From assembly GCA_046593725.1 (NCBI GenBank), contig JBKJQY010000021.1, positions 12,179 through 76,178 of the forward strand: a stretch of DNA of 64,000 nt, in the 5' to 3' direction. Positions 62,215 to 64,000 of the stretch are shown one piece after another (the stretch's first letter is position 1; every line of letters starts with the position of its first letter). The notes under the pieces are model-generated. The model saw only the letters and a program-made list of their open reading frames with translations. It searched no databases and was not told the DNA's origin. Both the position numbers and the translations under genes were made by a program. Source of the DNA: Candidatus Limnocylindrales bacterium (GTDB lineage: Bacteria > Chloroflexota > Limnocylindria > Limnocylindrales > CSP1-4).

Positions 62215-63309
62215 ATGTTCGAAGCCTGGTCCGCCCTGCTGCAGCTCCTCTCCCAGTTCGTCATCCCGGACTGGGGAGCGTTGATCTCGCTGCTGCCCAT
62301 CGCGATCATGGCGCTGGCGCTGCTCACCTTCGCGATCGTCTTCCTTCGGCTGATGCGGGCTCCAAAGGCCCGACGCGGATTCCAGCCGATCGCCCCATCG
62401 ACGCCCGAGGGCATCCACATGCCAGGCCCGTCGTTCGCCCCGATCTTCGCGGCCGTAGGAGCGTTCCTGTTGTTCCTCGGCGTGGTCTTCGGTGGGACGA
62501 TCCTGATCCTTGGCGCGATCGCCTTCGCGCTCACGCTGTTCTACTGGCTGGCCGAGGCGATGCGCGTCTACGACCACGACATCTCCGCGTCGGCGCCGCC
62601 GCTCCCCGCCGTCGTCCACGACGGGCCGCCGCCCGGTGTCCACATGCCGGGTCCGTCGTATCGCCCGTTCCTCGGCGCCCTCGGCACGATGATGCTGATG
62701 TTCGGTCTGGTCTTCGGGGGGTGGCTCCTTGCGGTCGGGGTGATCGCGCTCATCGTCACGTTGTCAGGTTGGCTGGTGGACGCGGTCAAGGAATACCGCA
62801 AGACGGTCGAGGCGGACCAGACAGGCCATATGGAGAACATCCCGGCGCCGCGCACGCCGTCGCTCCTGATCGGCACCCTGGCCGTCCTGTTCATCGGCGG
62901 GGTCCTGCTCCAGGCCGGGATCCTGCCGCCGCGCTCCGCCGTGGCCGGCGCACCGGGCGCCTCAGGGGCACCGCCGGTCGGATCCGCGGCCCCACCGGTC
63001 GGATCGGCGGCCCCGGCGCCGGACCTGCCGACAGGCGATGTCACCGTCACCGCGAGCGGGATCAAGTTCGTGGAGACGACCTTCTCTGCCCCGGCAGACA
63101 AGCCGTTCACGATCGTCTTCGATAACCAGGACCCGAGCACGGCCCACGACATCGACATCAAGGACGCGTCCGGGGCGCTCGTGTTCGAAGGAAAGATCAT
63201 CAAGGGCGTCTCGAACATCGTGTACGACGTGGGAGCCCTGCCAGCCGGGACCTACCCCTATGTCTGTTCGATCCACTCGAACATGACCGGGACGGCCACG
63301 ATCCAGTAG
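62215..63309 (+). CDS. membrane protein: duplicated HMPGPS(F/Y)xP + 2-TM module fused to a C-terminal cupredoxin
   Basis: 364-aa ORF. Repeat 1 PEGIHMPGPSFAPIFAAVGAFLLFLGVVFGG…, repeat 2 PPGVHMPGPSYRPFLGALGTMMLMFGLVFGG…. C-terminus …STAHDIDI…YPYVCSIHSNMTGTATIQ (H…C-x2-H-x2-M). Confidence 0.75.
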   Translation: MFEAWSALLQLLSQFVIPDWGALISLLPIAIMALALLTFAIVFLRLMRAPKARRGFQPIAPSTPEGIHMPGPSFAPIFAAVGAFLLFLGVVFGGTILILGAIAFALTLFYWLAEAMRVYDHDISASAPPLPAVVHDGPPPGVHMPGPSYRPFLGALGTMMLMFGLVFGGWLLAVGVIALIVTLSGWLVDAVKEYRKTVEADQTGHMENIPAPRTPSLLIGTLAVLFIGGVLLQAGILPPRSAVAGAPGASGAPPVGSAAPPVGSAAPAPDLPTGDVTVTASGIKFVETTFSAPADKPFTIVFDNQDPSTAHDIDIKDASGALVFEGKIIKGVSNIVYDVGALPAGTYPYVCSIHSNMTGTATIQ

Positions 63310-63366
63310 GCAGGTCCCACCACGCCTCGTCGTCCGATCCTGGTCGCACTTGCCATCGCCGTCGCC

Positions 63367-63840
63367 GTGACCGTCGGCGTGCTGCTGGTCAGCAACGCGA
63401 TGCGTTCGGGCGGGGCGAAGGCGGGGATCGGGGATCCGGCACCGGACATCGTGGGGACGACCCTGGACGGTCAGCCGTTCCGCCTGTCCGACCTCAAGGG
63501 CCGGTCGGTCGTCATCAACTTCTGGGGTCCCTCGTGCGTCCCCTGCCGTGACGAGTTCCCGCTGCTGGAGGCCAAGCAAGCCCAGTTCGGGCCGGCCGGA
63601 CTCGCGATCGTCGGCATATTGACGGACGACCCGCCGGCGCCGGCGAGGGAGTTTGTCGCCGAGTTCGGCGCCACGTGGCCCACGGTCATCGATCCAGACA
63701 AGGCGGCCAAGTCCGCGTATCGCGTCATCGGCCGACCACAGACCTACTTCGTGGACACGACCGGCGTGATCCGGTCCATCCAGGTGGGCGAGATGACCGA
63801 CGAGGAGTTCGACGCGCAGTACGCCAGGATCGCGCCGTGA
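63367..63840 (+). CDS. TlpA/ResA-like thiol-disulfide oxidoreductase (5' end probably upstream of the first canonical start)
   Basis: 157-aa ORF; FWGPSCVPCRDEFP. The hydrophobic anchor continues upstream, in frame, to TAG 63307..63309. Confidence 0.8.
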   Translation: MTVGVLLVSNAMRSGGAKAGIGDPAPDIVGTTLDGQPFRLSDLKGRSVVINFWGPSCVPCRDEFPLLEAKQAQFGPAGLAIVGILTDDPPAPAREFVAEFGATWPTVIDPDKAAKSAYRVIGRPQTYFVDTTGVIRSIQVGEMTDEEFDAQYARIAP

Positions 63841-64000
63841 CCGACGCTCCGGCGATCGTCGTGACGGAGCTCTCGAAGCGATACGGCGATCGGACAGTCC
63901 TGGCCGGCCTGTCGATGACGGTCGCCCGAGGCGAACTCGTTGCCCTCCTGGGTCCCAACGGGGCCGGAAAGACGACGACCGTGGAGATCGTCGAGGGCTA
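63837..64000 (+). CDS. ABC transporter ATP-binding protein, 5' fragment (runs off window)
   Basis: Hand translation from GTG 63837 (GTGA overlap): VTDAPAIVVTELSKRYGDRTVLAGLSMTVARGELVALLGPNGAGKTTTVEIVEG. Confidence 0.75.
   Translation, partial: MTDAPAIVVTELSKRYGDRTVLAGLSMTVARGELVALLGPNGAGKTTTVEIVEG

Noticed and set aside
63307-63309. TAG recoding as pyrrolysine.
   Set aside because: No pyl genes and no other hint occur in the window. Non-canonical initiation or low-level read-through are simpler explanations.

Overview
High-GC, gene-dense chromosomal core region. I saw no rRNA, tRNA, CRISPR array, transposase or integrase. All protein calls come from reading motifs in the supplied translations or from my own hand translations. 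No database search was possible, and many start codons are uncertain by a few codons.

Gene content:
- Branched-chain amino-acid biosynthesis: leuA-ilvC-ilvN-ilvB on the minus strand behind a leader and terminator, plus leuCD, ilvD and a threonine dehydratase.
- A MarR gene divergent from fabD and two tandem KAS genes, with no ACP gene.
- A copper P-type ATPase.
- A korAB 2-oxoacid:ferredoxin oxidoreductase operon embedded among CBS-domain and receiver-domain genes.
- Homogentisate-pathway genes (hppD, hmgA, FAH family) interleaved with two paralogous ECF sigma / anti-sigma modules.
- proC, a polyamine-type ABC importer, and an aa3-type oxidase cluster (ctaG; ctaCDE; a cupredoxin fusion; a TlpA-like gene).
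- The LLM/F420-type, MarP-like and DinB-family genes suggest an Actinobacteria-like lineage. This is inference.

Most notable observations:
1. A ~150-nt element occurs twice (24353..24513 and 41279..41444) at about 80 % identity. It is either an unknown 60-codon ORF family or a structured RNA.
2. The dyad ATACTCC-N3-GGNAGTAT, embedding a TATACT -10 hexamer, lies in front of both copA and a YHS-domain gene. This suggests a copper regulon operator.
3. Four TTGCAT-N3-ATGCAA dyads lie in the 456-nt gap between a cupredoxin gene and the ABC importer.
4. A membrane protein in the cta cluster has a duplicated HMPGPS module fused to a type-1 copper domain.
5. Two genes have conserved N-termini that lie upstream of any canonical start codon. 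One of them is in frame with the preceding gene across a single TAG.
6. Several 18-nt and 25-nt tandem arrays occur, most of them just downstream of gene 3' ends.
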